64,000 nucleotides of DNA from Eledone cirrhosa (taxonomy: Eukaryota): NCBI GenBank assembly GCA_964016885.1, contig OZ024750.1:54684001-54748000 (forward strand), in the 5' to 3' direction. Numbering within the stretch: position 1 is the first letter of the stretch; every line of letters begins with the position of its first letter. Below, in pieces: positions 38,995 through 52,308 of the stretch. Position numbers and translations under genes: made by a program. A model generated the notes under the pieces. It searched no databases. It saw nothing but the letters and a program-made list of their open reading frames with translations, and was not told the DNA's origin.

Positions 38995-41072
38995 TGTAGC
39001 GGTTGTCTCCCTTGTTTTGATTGGGATCTAGACGGGAGGTGGAACCCTTTCTGCGACTTCCGGTCAGAGCCCTATAAAACTAACAACTTTAAGCTTCCTC
39101 TCTCTCTTTGCCTTTTCGGCACCAGGACAAGAGCCTCTCATTTGGCTCTGCCATTAATTTGGCCAACAGGCGCCCTCTGCCAGCCGCGTTTGCCTGGCAA
39201 TCAAAACGGTAACTACTAACCTTGTTTCATTCTAACATCTATCTTTGACATGTCAAGTATACTATCTACCGTTAATTAAATATTATACACACAAACCATG
39301 TCTCGTTTTGTTACATTCATACAACCTTGTATCCTCGCTATATTGGTAACCCTGACGTGATACGAACACGCAGCCGTTCATCGCTATAAGTGGTCACCCC
39401 CCCAAAAAAAGAAAAAAATAGCACATCTGGTTTTGTGAGTAACATTATGAATACACAGCAAATTTAGCGACAAACTATGAAAATACTCAAGGACACGCAC
39501 ACACGCACATGTGGAATTCGCACAGACAGACTTTTTTTCTCACGCATCAATTAACTGTCGCATTTCACCAATATATATATATATGTTTCTCGTTTCTTAC
39601 AACGAACACTTTCAAAAAAAAAAAAAAAAAAAAAACATTTCACGATATATATATATGTTTCTCGTTTCTTACAACGAACTCTTTCAAAACACACAAAAAA
39701 AAAGAAATTTGATATTCTTTAAAAAACATTTCAACAGGAACATTTATTTTCGGTGAACCATTGCCTTTTTGTTCATCGTTTTCTTCATCGTTCAAGTTTT
39801 TTTTTTTTTTTTTTTTTTTTTTTCCCAAAGTTCACACCAATAATTATGCTGAGTGAAGCCTTTCTTGTTCATCATTGTCACTTTCAAAATTGCACTATCA
39901 TTTTCTCGCGCGTTAGAAATATTATTTTTTTTCAACCTTGTATTGGCACGTGTAGGCAGCACAAATTCTCGATTCACTGAGATGTCTCTACTCACAGACA
40001 GCCGCACGCCAGAGATAACATTTCTCCCCCAAGGATTCTTCAGCCTTAAGCTATATTCTTCTATTTGCCGGTTTATAAATTTACAATGTAAATTTACCGT
40101 TGATAACCGCGCATTTATTAAGAATGCTTATTTCTCTGGTCGCTGGCATCTTGACCCTTCCAGGTCAACGCATTCTCAACATCGACCATCAACTTCGGCT
40201 GCTATTTCTAGCACTTTGCGCAACTCATTTTTTCTAAAAAAAAATTTTTTTACTGTGAATTTAAACACCGAATACGCTCACTCCGCGAGACAACAGCAGC
40301 AGCAACAGCAATACATCAATACAGCTTCACCAAAGCCAGAGAATTCATTTTTGCAGCACTCTTCCTGTGAGAAAATCCATTCGGAGGTTGGAAATTTCAC
40401 GATATACCACAGAACAGAAACCACCTGCATTCATTCTCTGGAACACACTTTCTTTCCTGCTGTCATGTGATTGCACACATGTGAACTATATTTTGAACTT
40501 TGAGCTCTTCTATTACTTTTACTTTATTACATTGTATCTTTGGGTGATGGATAGATGGATGTCCAGTCGTTCTCTGGCCAAGAGCGGTTGGCTACCTTGA
40601 TATCTATCATTGATTTTTCCAAACATTCTTTTGTCGTAATTTTCATGCCTGTTACAACATTCTCGCCAACTTGCTACATATTTTCATTTCGATTTTTATA
40701 CACTAAAATTCTGGCGGGAGGTTATGTAGCGGTTGTCTCCCTTGTTTTGATTGGGATCTAGACGGGAGGTGGAACCCTTTCTGCGACTTCCGGTCAGAGC
40801 CCTATAAAACTAACAACTTTAAGCTTCCTCTCTCTCTTTGCCTTTTCGGCACCAGGACAAGAGCCTCTCATTTGGCTCTGCCATTAATTTGGCCAACAGG
40901 CGCCCTCTGCCAGCCGCGTTTGCCTGGCAATCAAAACGGTAACTACTAACCTTGTTTCATTCTAACATCTATCTTTGACATGTCAAGTATACTATCTACC
41001 GTTAATTAAATATTATACACACAAACCATGTCTCGTTTTGTTACATTCATACAACCTTGTATCCTCGCTATA
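38995..41072 (+). mobile_element. Non-autonomous (non-coding) LTR retroelement
   Basis: 348 bp LTRs at 38995-39342 and 40725-41072, identical by eye; GAAC TSD; tRNA-Trp-like PBS at 39344; GGCGGGAGG tract before the 3' LTR; no retroviral ORF. Confidence 0.9.
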
Positions 41073-44000
41073 GAACCAATGCTGCTTACCCTGCCTCTTT
41101 TACTAGTTCAATCCCTTGCTTGAATTCCAACGCTGGCTCTCTACCATTGGTTGCTTCCAGCTCACCACTTGATTGTGCTGTCTCTGCCCGCACTAACCGG
41201 TACCTAAAGACAATTAAATGTCACCTGTGCTGCCAAAGCTACCACAGGAGCTGCGTCAGCATCACCAAGTCTTCAATATTTGACCTGTAACCAGTGTCAC
41301 TTTAGCTCCGATGTACTCCGTAGAGATGTCCTGCGTTTCGACGACCACCTCTCTACCAAGGACTTTCCCGCAGCTCTCCAGTGTCTATCCAAATTGAAGC
41401 TCATCAACTGGATCCTTATGGGAGCTCAGAATAGCTTTGCACGTGCCCTCTCCAATCGGTTGAAAAACGTTTGTTTATCCAACAATACATCTGATTGACA
41501 GAAACTGTTTTTGTTTCCTCTCATCTCTCTCTGCATCCACAATGTGAAATCTGGCTCCCTCACGTCTTCTCTCAAGCAACAGTTCCATCTGTTTGGGCCC
41601 ACCTCAACCACTTCTCACCTCAGTTTAAATCGAGCTTGGTACCTACCAACAGGCAATCGATAAACCTTAAGCGTGCTGTTAATGCCAAATTCAGTGAATT
41701 TGACATTAAAGGAGCTGTCCGTCTCCTCTCTTCTCTGTCTTCCCACACTCCATGTAACTCTGATTCTCTCGAGTGACTGAAAGAGAAGCACCCCTCGAGC
41801 CCCTTCCCCTGGATGATCAGTTACACTGGCTCGAACCACCAGAATACTTATGGCCGGTGTACACTGGTCTACACCCCTGATAACATCAGAAAGGCGATTA
41901 CATCCTTCTTCAGGCTCAGGATTGACAGTCTTTGACCTGAGCACCTCAAGGATGATATTTCCTTATCGGCCAGTGACACCGGACTCGAGCTCTTGGAGAG
42001 TCTGACTCAGTTTATGAATCGGTTCTCTTCAGTGAACGTTCTCCCCTATATCTGCCCACTGTTCTTCGGTGCAAAATTATTCGGTCTCACTAAGCCCAAC
42101 GAAGACCTGCAACCCATTTCGGTTGGTTGCACCCTTCGCCGTCTCACTGCAAAGGTGTAATTGCTATTAGTCTCTGACTTACTGTCGGAGAAATAGAAAT
42201 TTTCCCCCATCCAGCTAGGGGCAGGTACCAAGCTAGGATGTGAGGCTGCTGTCCATGCTACCAGAGCTTATACCGACTTGCCCTCCTTGTCCCCTGGAGT
42301 CCTCAAATGTGACCTCAAGTATGCGTTCACTTCCATCCTCAGCTCAGTAAGAGGGAAGGTCCACAACTCTACCACTTTGCTTGGTAGGCTTATCAGGAGC
42401 CCTCCTATCTCTCTTTTGGGGACCAAATTATCATCTCTGCCTCAGGAGTTCAATAGGGTGACCCACTCGGGCCTGCTCTGTTTGCACTGGGCATTGATGA
42501 CATCACCAAGATGGGAGTTGAGTTGGACCTCAACTGTTGGTATCTTGGTGATGCTTGTTTGGGGAGGACCTCCGGATAAGGTTTTCGCCACTGCTAACAA
42601 AATGATTGAGGAGTTTGGCCATTCGGGTCTCCAGGTCAATAGCTCCAAATGAGAGCTCTGGATCCTCAACAATCAACCGACAATTGACCTGTTTACAGAG
42701 TCCTTTCCTTCCATTGTAGTCCCTCCCTTGTCAGCTTGGTGGTCCTTAGGAGCTCCAATTATAGACTTTGCCTTCAAGTAACTCTTCCAATTGTTGAAGA
42801 ATATTGAGGCAATCGAACCCCATCAAGGTTTTTTCATATTCAGAAACTACCTTTCAATTCCTAATCTTCTGTATATACTCAGAGTCAGCTCATCTCACAG
42901 ATTTCCGTCATGCCTCCAATGCTTTGATGACATAATCTTTGAGAGACTCGAGTGCTTGGGCAATGTCAGACTCTCTCGAGAGGCAGGTGCTTTATCAAGG
43001 ATGTCACAGTTAGTGACTCTGTAGCAAGAGTTGCCTCCCTTGTTGTGACGAAGACATCACCAATAGAGTAACGCTCTCTAGACAGGAAGTAGCTGGAGTT
43101 GCTTCCCGTTGGGGTGGCAGAACCCTTTTTGTCACTTCCGCCCCAGCACCGATAAAGGGAATAACTTTCAGCTCTCTCTCTCTCTCATTTGCCTTTCGGC
43201 TCCTGGCCTTCTAACCTGCCTGGCCCTTTGGCCAGGCGCGTTCGTCTGGCAATCCTAACATGGCCTCTTGCGAGCTAACTTCAAAACGGTAACAAATGAC
43301 TTTACTTATTTCTTTCATCTACTTTCATTGACTTGTCAACCATTCTGTTCTACATAACTGCAAATAATTAATTAAACGTTTTATATACACAACCTAGTGT
43401 CTTGTTATATTCATACACACCAGTATTTTGTAATAGTGGTGACCCAGAATAGAAAAGAAAAAAATAACAGAATCTGGTGTTGTGTGAGTATGGAAAAAAG
43501 AAAATTAATTAGCAGTATCCCATTTTCGTTGGAATGTGTCGACCAACATTTCGAATACGCAGCAAACTTTATTAACAAACTAGGAAAATTCGCAGACACA
43601 GAAACGAACACACGCACATGTGAAATTCTCGTTCAGACAGACTCTTTTTCTCTCACGCACGTGTCGTACATCAACTAAGTGTCGCATTTCACTGGATGTA
43701 TATATATGTTTTTCGTTTCTTCTTACAACGAACACTTTAAAAAAAAAAGAAATTTGATTTTTTTTTACACTTTTCAACATGAACATTTATTTTTGCTGAA
43801 TTTCAACTATTGCTTATTCTTTCCACCAAGTTTTTTTTTTTTCATCGTTCAAAAAAAAATTGAACTCGCCATATTTGTTATACTAAGTGAAGCCTTTCTT
43901 TCCTTTTCATCATATTGTCACGTTCACACACACATTTTTCAAAATGGCTGCCAACGACCTGTTGCACTATCATTTTCGCGCCATTTTCTCGCGCAATAGA

Positions 44001-45560
44001 AATATTTTTTTTTCTCAACTTAACCTTGTTTCGGTACGTGTAGGCAGCACACATCTCGACTCACTGAAATAACCACATGCCAGGGATAATGTTTCTCGCC
44101 AAGGATTCTCCAGCCTTAAGCTATATTCTCCTATTTGCCGGTTTAAAAATTTACCACGTAAATTTGCCGTTGAAAACTGCGCATTTATTCAGAATGCTTA
44201 TTTCTTTGGTCGCTGGCCTCTTGACCCTTCCAGGTCAACGCATTCTCAACATCGACCATCAACTTTGGCTGTTATTTCTAGCACTTTGCGCAGCGCATTT
44301 TTTTTTCTGGGAAAACTTTTACTGTGAATTTAAACAGCATCGAATACGCTCAGTCCGCGAGACAACAACATCAACAGCAACACAGCTTCATCAACAACCA
44401 AAACCAGCAGAACAAGCCAGAGAATTTATTTTTGCAGCACTCTTCCTGTGAGAAAATCCCTTCGGAGGTTGGAAATTTCACGTTATACCACAGACCAGAA
44501 ACCACCTGCATTCATTCTCTGGAACACACTTTCTTTCCTGCTGTCATGTGATTGCACACATGTGAACTGTAATTTGAACTTTGACCTCTTCTTTTACTTT
44601 GATTACATTGTATCTTTGAGTGATGGATAGATAGTTCTCTGACCAAGAGCGGTTGGCTACCTTGATATCTATCATTGATTTTTGCATGCATATATTTTGC
44701 TGTTTTCCTTTTATTGCAAACATTATTTTTTTCCGTAATTTTCATGCCTGTTACATGCTCACCATCTTACTCCATACATGTTTCATTCGATTTTTATGTT
44801 TTAAAAATCTGGCGGGAGATAATGTAGCAAGAGTTGCCTCCCTTGTTGTGACGATGACATCACCAATAGAGTAACGCTCTCTAGACAGGAAGTAGCTGGA
44901 GTTGCTTCCCGTTGGGGTGGCAGAGCCCTTTTTGTCACTTCCGCCCCAGCACCTATAAAGGGAATAACTTCAGCTCTCTCTCTCATTTGCCTTTCGGCTC
45001 CTGGGCTTCTAACCTGCCTGGCCCTTTGGCCAGGCGCGTTCGTCTGGCAACCCTAGCATGGCCTCTTGCGAGCTAACTTCAAAACGGTAACAAATGACTT
45101 TACTTATTTCTTTCATCTACTTTCATTGACTTGTCAACCATTCTGTTCTACATAACTGCAAATAATTAATTAAACGTTTTATATATACAACCTAGTATCT
45201 TGTTATATTCATACACACCAGTATTTTGTAATAACTCTTTTGCTTTTCCCCACATCCTGGATGCTGCAGTTATGGCGAGAGCTACAGCTTCTGCAGTCAA
45301 ACGGAACAAAATTATAAAATATCGTGTTCTTTCGGCCAACTACATTTTCCACCCTATCACATTTGAGACGTTTGGGTGAGTCAGGCTACTGACTGCGAGA
45401 TTCTTATCTACACTGGTGGCTCACCTAACTGAGGTAACTGGTGATGCTTGTGGGGGAGTTTGGTTGTTCTAGCACCTTAGCTCTCCCATCACCCGAGGTA
45501 ACGCTGCGAGCGTGCTGGTTTGCCTTAAAGTTATTAGAGAGGTTTCCCAGTGCTCCTCAC
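41073..45560 (+). mobile_element. Degenerate CRE-like RLE non-LTR element, interrupted by an LTR element
   Basis: Motifs LQPISVGCTLRRL, QLGAG..GCEAAVH, GVQ*GDPLGP, LQVNSSK. The RLE part resumes after 45237. Confidence 0.8.
43020..45233 (+). mobile_element. Non-autonomous LTR retroelement, sister of 38995-41072
   Basis: LTRs at 43020-43435 and 44823-45233; ACTC TSD; PBS TGGTGACCC; internal region homologous to 39400-40724. Confidence 0.9.
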
Positions 45561-46145
45561 AATACTGTTATCTTTTTCTCTGGTAGCGGATCGGTTGCTC
45601 ACCCCTTTTGCCTGCCTTTTGTTGTATGTGGTCCTAGGTGTGTGTACTACCTGCTTATGTGTTTTTTTCTTTTCTTTCTTTTTTTGTTTTTCCTTTCCCT
45701 TTCCTTATATACGCATATACATGCGTATGCACATACATATAAACGCACATACACTCAAACATACGCATACATACGTACGGCTATTCATACAAATACGTAC
45801 ATACATACACTCATAAATATACACATATACACACACATATACAGAGTAAAGATGAAGTACGCTCTACACGTGGAAAGAGCAGATAGGTAAGAAGTACTTA
45901 CATGACCATAGTGTCGTGTTTCGGGTCGAGAGGGGGTAGGGGAAGGGTGGGAAGGAGGTGGAGGGTGTATTTTGTCGAGTGGGTTTAAAAAAAAAAAAGG
46001 GAAATCTTTTTTAGCCATCTGGCATCAATACTGGCTTAAGGTATTTCAAAGTTGCAAAGTTTTTGTGCATGCAATTCGAGCAGTGTTCAGAGAGTTTGTT
46101 CAGTAGCGGGCCCTTGGCAATTAATATTTCATAGCTCTTTTTTTT

Positions 46146-46265
46146 AATATAGAAGAGCTCCTACAGGACTAGAACTGTTTCATTCGTGAGAAATCATCAG
46201 GAAGTGCTTCCTGATGATTTCTCACGAATGAAACAGTTCTAGTCCTGCAGAAGCTCTTCTATATT
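46146..46265. ncRNA. 120 bp palindrome of two head-to-head hammerheads (family E: 46157-46204 minus, 46206-46254 plus)
   Basis: cttc-CTGATGA-t-ttc-tcac-gaa-t-GAAA-cag..ctg-TA|g(g/a)ag. The plus copy has U16.1>C at 46248. Confidence 0.85.
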
Positions 46266-46289
46266 ATATCATATATATTGCACTAGATA

Positions 46290-47640
46290 GAGGAAACTAT
46301 GATGGACCAGGTCATGAAAGTAACAGAAAGAGTTATAGCACAGTTGATTAGGGACCGGGTCAAACTAGATAAGATGCAATTTGGGTTTGTGCCAGGAAGA
46401 GGCACCACTGATGCCCTCTCCATTGTGAGGCAGTTACAGGAAAAGTACCTAGCTAAAAGTAAGCCGCTCTACCTGGCATTCGTCGATCTCGAGAAAGCCT
46501 TTGACAGAGTTCCCCGTGCTATAATCTGGTGGGCTCTTAGAAAACTAGGAGTATATGAATGGCTTGTGAAAGCTGTACAAGCCATGTATAGGGGAGCAGT
46601 CAGCAAAGTTAGGATTAGCAATGAGTATAGCGAGGAATTTAGCGTACAGGTTGGTGTCCACCAGGGCTCTGTTCTTAGCCCTCTCCTGTTCATCATAGTT
46701 CTGCAGGCAATAACGGAGGAGTTTAAGACCGGATGCCCATGGAAACTCCTGTATGCAGATGACCTCGCACTTATAGTTGAATCTATGGTGGAACTAGAGA
46801 AGAAATTCCAAACTTGGAAGCAGAGACTAGAGAGAAAGGGTCTCAGGGTCAACCTGACAAAGACTAAGGTCCTTGTAAGTAGACGAGAAAACAGAACCCA
46901 GATCCCCTCAGGGAAATGGCCTTGCTCAGTATGTAGGAAAGGTAGGAACCCCATCATCTGCCCCAAATGCAAACTATGGGTACACAAGTGATGTAGTGGG
47001 ATCTCAGGAAGCTTAGTTAGGAATGTAGGCTTTACATGTAGCAGCTGCACTGGGACAGCAAGTAGCAAATAGCCACAGGAAACAAGTACCACCAAACTCT
47101 GGGAGGGCTCTGTAGAAACAGTAGGCAGCTTCTGCTCCCTAGGTGACCGAATAAGCAGCGGAGGTGGGTGTTCGGAAAGTACAATAACTAGGGTAAGAAT
47201 GGGATGGAAGAAGTTCAGGGATCTACTGCCACTGCTAGCTGCAAAAGGCTTTTCCCTCAAAATGAGAGGCAGACTGTATGATGCGTGTATACGAACAGTA
47301 ATGTTACATGGTAGTGAGCAATGGGCACTGTCTGTGGAAGACTTGCGTAGATTAGAAAGAAACGAAGCCTGAGAGAGAGACTGAGCATAAGAGGAATCAA
47401 ATGCTGTGTGCAGGAGAGGCGGTTGTGTTGGTATGGACATGTGATTCGTATGAAGGATGACAGTTGCATAAAAAGGTGCAGAACACTAGAAGTCGATGGA
47501 AACCACGGAGTGGGGAGACCCAAGAAGACCTGGCATGAGGTGATAAAAGCCGAACTTACCCAATTACACCTCACAAAGGCGATGACACACGACCGTGACC
47601 TCTGGCGTCACGCAGTAATACAGAAGACCCGACACCCCCC
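46290..47640 (+). mobile_element. RTE-clade LINE RT region, 5'-truncated and degenerate
   Basis: QFGFVPGRGTTDA, FVDLEKAFDRV, GVHQGSVLSPLLF, LLYADDL, GLRVNLTKTK. Confidence 0.9.
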
Positions 47641-47689
47641 TCCCCACACACGGGTACAAGCCGAAGCTAAAGCATATAGACAATATGCC

Positions 47690-47965
47690 CCCACACCCTC
47701 CCACTGCAAAGTGGTCGTGGAGGTACCACGGCAAAAAAGCACCCAGCTCACACTGTAAAGTGGACATGTAGGCGCCACGGAAAAAAAGCACCCAGCACTC
47801 ACTGTAAATGAAATTGGTGTTAGGAAGGGCATCCAACTAGAAATCAAGCCAGAATCAGTTCCTGTATGAGCAAGACAAGGTCAGCCGACTGGACACTGCC
47901 CACAACAGGACAACCCATCTAACCCATGCTAGCGTGGAAGAACGGACGTAAAACGATGATGATGA
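47690..47965 (+). mobile_element. SINE/RTE 3' tail
   Basis: gttaggaagggcatcc..ggacgtaaaacgatgatgat. Confidence 0.65.
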
Positions 47966-48002
47966 TATATATATATATATATTTATTAAAATAACAGATT
48001 AA

Positions 48003-48052
48003 AGTTTAAGCAAAGAATCGCTGCTTTCATCCTTAACGGGATCTTCTGAAGT
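48003..48052 (-). ncRNA. Hammerhead-like motif with CAGAAGA core (family F)
   Basis: Reverse complement: CAGAAGA-tccc-gttaa-gga-t-GAAA-gca..tgc-TT|aaact. Confidence 0.6.
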
Positions 48053-48138
48053 TTCAATACGGTTCTTATATATTTATCCTTATCGAGCCCTCTTTGGATT
48101 TTAGTCTTCAAATTTATTGTTATTACTATATATATATG

Positions 48139-48204
<66 letters not shown>

Positions 48205-48947
48205 GTTAGAACACGAAAAGTGTGAAACAACAGAATGTTCACTTTTCGTGTTCTAACATATATGCCTAGCTTCTTTAAAAAATTTTCGGGGATAGCCGTG
48301 GTGGTGGTGATCGTATGTCATTGGCTAATTTTCAACCAATCAGAGTACCTCTCTCTATATCTCTTCCACTGTTACTTACGCCTGTTTCTCTCTATCTGTT
48401 CCGTCTCTATATATATCTCTTACTCTTTCGCTTTGCACTCCTCCCCTTCAATACCATCTCTCCCCCTCTCTATATATTTGTTACTCTATCGCTGCACGCT
48501 CCTCTCCTTCAATATATCAATTACACACGCTTTACACTCCTTTATCCCCAGCGCCCCTATATATACCCCCCCCCTCTCCCGCATCTATATTTTAATGTAC
48601 CGTTGCACCGTGAATATATGTGTCTATATATATATACATATATATTGTATATACACATTCATGTATGTGTATACACACTCATGTATGTATATACACTGGT
48701 TTTATGTGTGTATTGTAAATTTGTACTGTTAAAACACGAAACTAACATTCGATTGACACTTTGATTACCTGTACAGGCAATAGTTATTAGAATGCTGTTG
48801 AAGTGTGTATATATTTTTGGGGGACATCCTGTATATACACACATTATATATAATACAATAAACAGATAAATACACACATATATATATGAGCTTATTTAAT
48901 TATAAATATTGTGAATTTTTAACTCAGTTCAATTATATATATAAATG

Positions 48948-48990
48948 GCTTCTACAGGACTAGAACTGTTTCATTCGAAAGAAATCATCA
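48948..48990 (-). ncRNA. Truncated family E hammerhead
   Basis: Reverse complement TGATGA-tttctttcgaat-GAAA-cag..ctg-TA|gaagc; lacks C3 and the 5' strand of stem I. Confidence 0.6.
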
Positions 48991-49615
48991 TAATATTGAG
49001 AGGGGGGACTAGATAAAATATTTCAAATCAAATGTGTATAAGTTATAAGTTAAAATGTATAAATAGAGACGATAGTGGAGGTATATCTGTTTAGTGGAAC
49101 AGTAGACGATAGAATTAAATACAGACGATAATCTCCCTTTAATGAAACAGCAGACGATAGAATTAAGGCAATTTAAATTTTAAGCATTTGCATTTTTGCC
49201 TTTCATCGTTACGGGGTCGATAAAATAAAGTACCAGTAATACACTGTCACTAGACGACTTTCAAATTGAATTGTTGGTTCCATTTCTTTAGTATTTTCAA
49301 TTGTAGTTATCTACTTAAAAAGCGTTACACGGTTAGAGACATAATTCGTAAGTTATATCTTCCCTATTAAACCATTGCATTATTTCGCCTACAATAGAAC
49401 AAAAATGAAATGTTCTTTAAAGAAACAGGAATATAACTTTATAAAAAAAAAAGTTGCATCCGCTTCTTTTATCATTGATAATTTTTTCGTTTTAATATTA
49501 ATCGTTTTTTGTAGTTGTTTATATTAAAAATCTTACTGTAATATTTACTTAAACGAAGGCAAACATCTAAACTTATAGATTAATCTTGAGCGAAGGACTA
49601 GATAAATCTCTCTCC

Positions 49616-49657
<42 letters not shown>

Positions 49658-49791
49658 GTAGATAAATCTACCAAGAGTTTACGGTAGTGTCCAATCCGTA
49701 TGAAGAACTCAATGTATTCCGGATATCATGGAAAGAAGAAATGTAATGAAAAATCACTTTCGGTGAAAGATAAACGGTATACAGAGTCAAG

Positions 49792-50178
49792 ATAAAATAT
49801 TAAACAAATAATGAATAAACAATTCCTTATATTAAACAAAAAATGTTCATTATTTAACGATCGTTTCTAGGATATATATGTGTTAGAGTTGGCATGCATA
49901 TTCAACAGATCTATGTACAAAATTATACAAAATATCAAGATTAAATATACATACCAACACATATATACGCCGTCTTCAGAAATATATTTCTGAAGACGGC
50001 GTATATATGTGTTGGTATGTATATTTAATCTTGATAGTTTGTATAATTTTGTATAATTTTGTACATAGATCTGTTGAATATGCATGCCAACTCTAACACA
50101 TATATATCCTAGAAACGATCGTTAAATAATGAACTTTTTTTGTTTAATATAAGGAATCGTTTATTCATTATTTGTTTA

Positions 50179-50187
<9 letters not shown>
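49792..50187. ncRNA. Palindrome of two hammerheads with very long stem II (family G: 49851-49984 minus, 49985-50128 plus)
   Basis: tattt-CTGAAGA-[105-115 nt hairpin]-GAAA-cgatcg-TT|aaata. Confidence 0.8.
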
Positions 50188-50239
<52 letters not shown>

Positions 50240-50629
50240 GAAGAATGATAAAATTTCAAGCAAAGAGTTTAATTAGGTATATTTTGTAATATTATTAACT
50301 AATTATTATAATTAACGCGCATATTTTGCTATCCTCAAACACGTTTACACATGGCATGAAATATAACTAATCCGAGATGGCTAGGTTTCATCTTCTAACT
50401 GGATATACGAAATCCATTATGTCTTGACAACAACATGAGGTAACATTATATTATTCACAGACACACTTTGTACACTGTTCCATATCAGAATGTATTTCCT
50501 TCGTCACATTCACAAACAGTATTGAAAATATGTTCTTCGGCAAATAAAAATGTTTTGTTCATAATATTTCAACTAGCGATTGCTCTACTCCACGCACGAC
50601 CACCATAAATTAATGACCAGCTCAACACA

Positions 50630-50800
50630 AGTATTGGTAGAGCGTCAGACACCATGCTTTGCAGTATTGTTATGGTCCTTTGCATTCTAAGTTCAAATCC
50701 TGCCGAGGTTAACTTCGACTTTCATACTTACTAATTCGATAAAATAAAGTACCAGTAATGGACTGCCGTAATGGATTTGTGCCGAAAAATAGAAACACTA
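50630..50800 (+). mobile_element. Octopus-type SINE (diverged)
   Basis: gttcaaatcctgccgaggttaac..gataaaataaagtaccagtaat. Confidence 0.7.
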
Positions 50801-51353
50801 TTAATGTGCAATAAGAGCAAAATATAACGACATTGCTCAATTATTTTATCTAATGTTGTAATAACACAAGGAAATGTTGTTTGTGTATTTTTTTTTATAT
50901 TTGCTCATAGGCTTTTACAATTTCGCTCAGCCAACAACTATTAAAAAGTGAGTTGCTTAAGATAACAATTTAATCACAAATTGTTGCTATCTTTTAATAC
51001 ACTCCAACAAGTCATCAAATTATGTACAATAAAAACAAATCTTATTAATTTGCTCAGGGAATATAAAGAAAATGTATATACACTGATAATTGCAATTGTA
51101 TGTAAATATTTTGTTTTTGTATTGTATATTTTATGTTTTCTATTATGTATAATATATTGATTTAATATTGATTGTTTTTTGTAGTTGTTTATATTAAAAG
51201 TCTGAAAATATTTTTATACATCTTACACTAATATTTATAAGATAATTTATAATAACAATTACATAATCTAATTACATTACAACGATAATTTATTATTAAT
51301 ATATATCCTGTTTAACTAGAGTTATTACAAGCGTTGCCTTAAAAAAATATTAA

Positions 51354-52308
51354 ACTAGACATGAAAAATGCGCAAGCTCAAAAGTGCCACAGAATGTTAT
51401 AATAAACCTTCAAAAGTGTGGGACTAGAGTTGTTGCTAAAAAATATTGTAATCATTATATATCGTACATTCTGTGGCATTCTTTATAAAAATAGCTTAAA
51501 CCAACGAAGCCTTTATTTTTACGCTATTTCACTTAGTTAATTCTTAGAGTGTAACATATAAAAATAAATACATCTATGTTTAATGTAATAACAGCTATAA
51601 ATAATTACGTAATATTATTATCATATACTCATAGTAACAAAATAATTGTGTTGAAACTTAATATGATGCTTATATGAACGATCAAATCTATAATGATAAT
51701 TTCTTAAATATACTAATAGTAAAATAATTTAGTTATCTATTGTTACATTTTCATAGAACTATAATATTAACAATCGTATTGCATTATCAAATGTTTATCA
51801 CTACAAACTTTCATATTGGAATTACCTTAAGCCACTTATTATTACTTCGCTTTCGTACTTTTACAGCTGTAGATATTGCGCTGTATCTTATATCTAATAT
51901 CAATATCTCGTGGTAATTTGCATGAAGTGTAAAATAGGTTTATTAATAACTTTAATATGAAATGTATTATACAGGGCTGCGGAGTCGGCCAAAAATTGAC
52001 TGGCTCCAACTCAGGATCCGATACTCCATTATTTCCTAAATTTCAGCTCCGCAGCTCTGTTATTATATTAATTAATTTATTTTATAGTTGTAAATCATAT
52101 TTTTATATGTTACACTCTAAGAATTAACTAAGTGAAATAGCGTAAAAATAAAGGCTTCGTTGGTTTAAGCTATTTTTATAAAGGATGCCACAGAATGTAC
52201 GATATATAATGATTACAATAATTTTTAGCAACAACTCTAGTCCCACACTTTTGAAGGTTTATTATAACATTCTGTGGCACTTTTGAGCTTGCGCATTTTT
52301 CATGTCTA

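Noticed and set aside
39853-40470. 205 aa ORF inside the non-autonomous LTR element
   Set aside because: The frame is not conserved in the sister element (43887-44551) and there are no recognisable domains.
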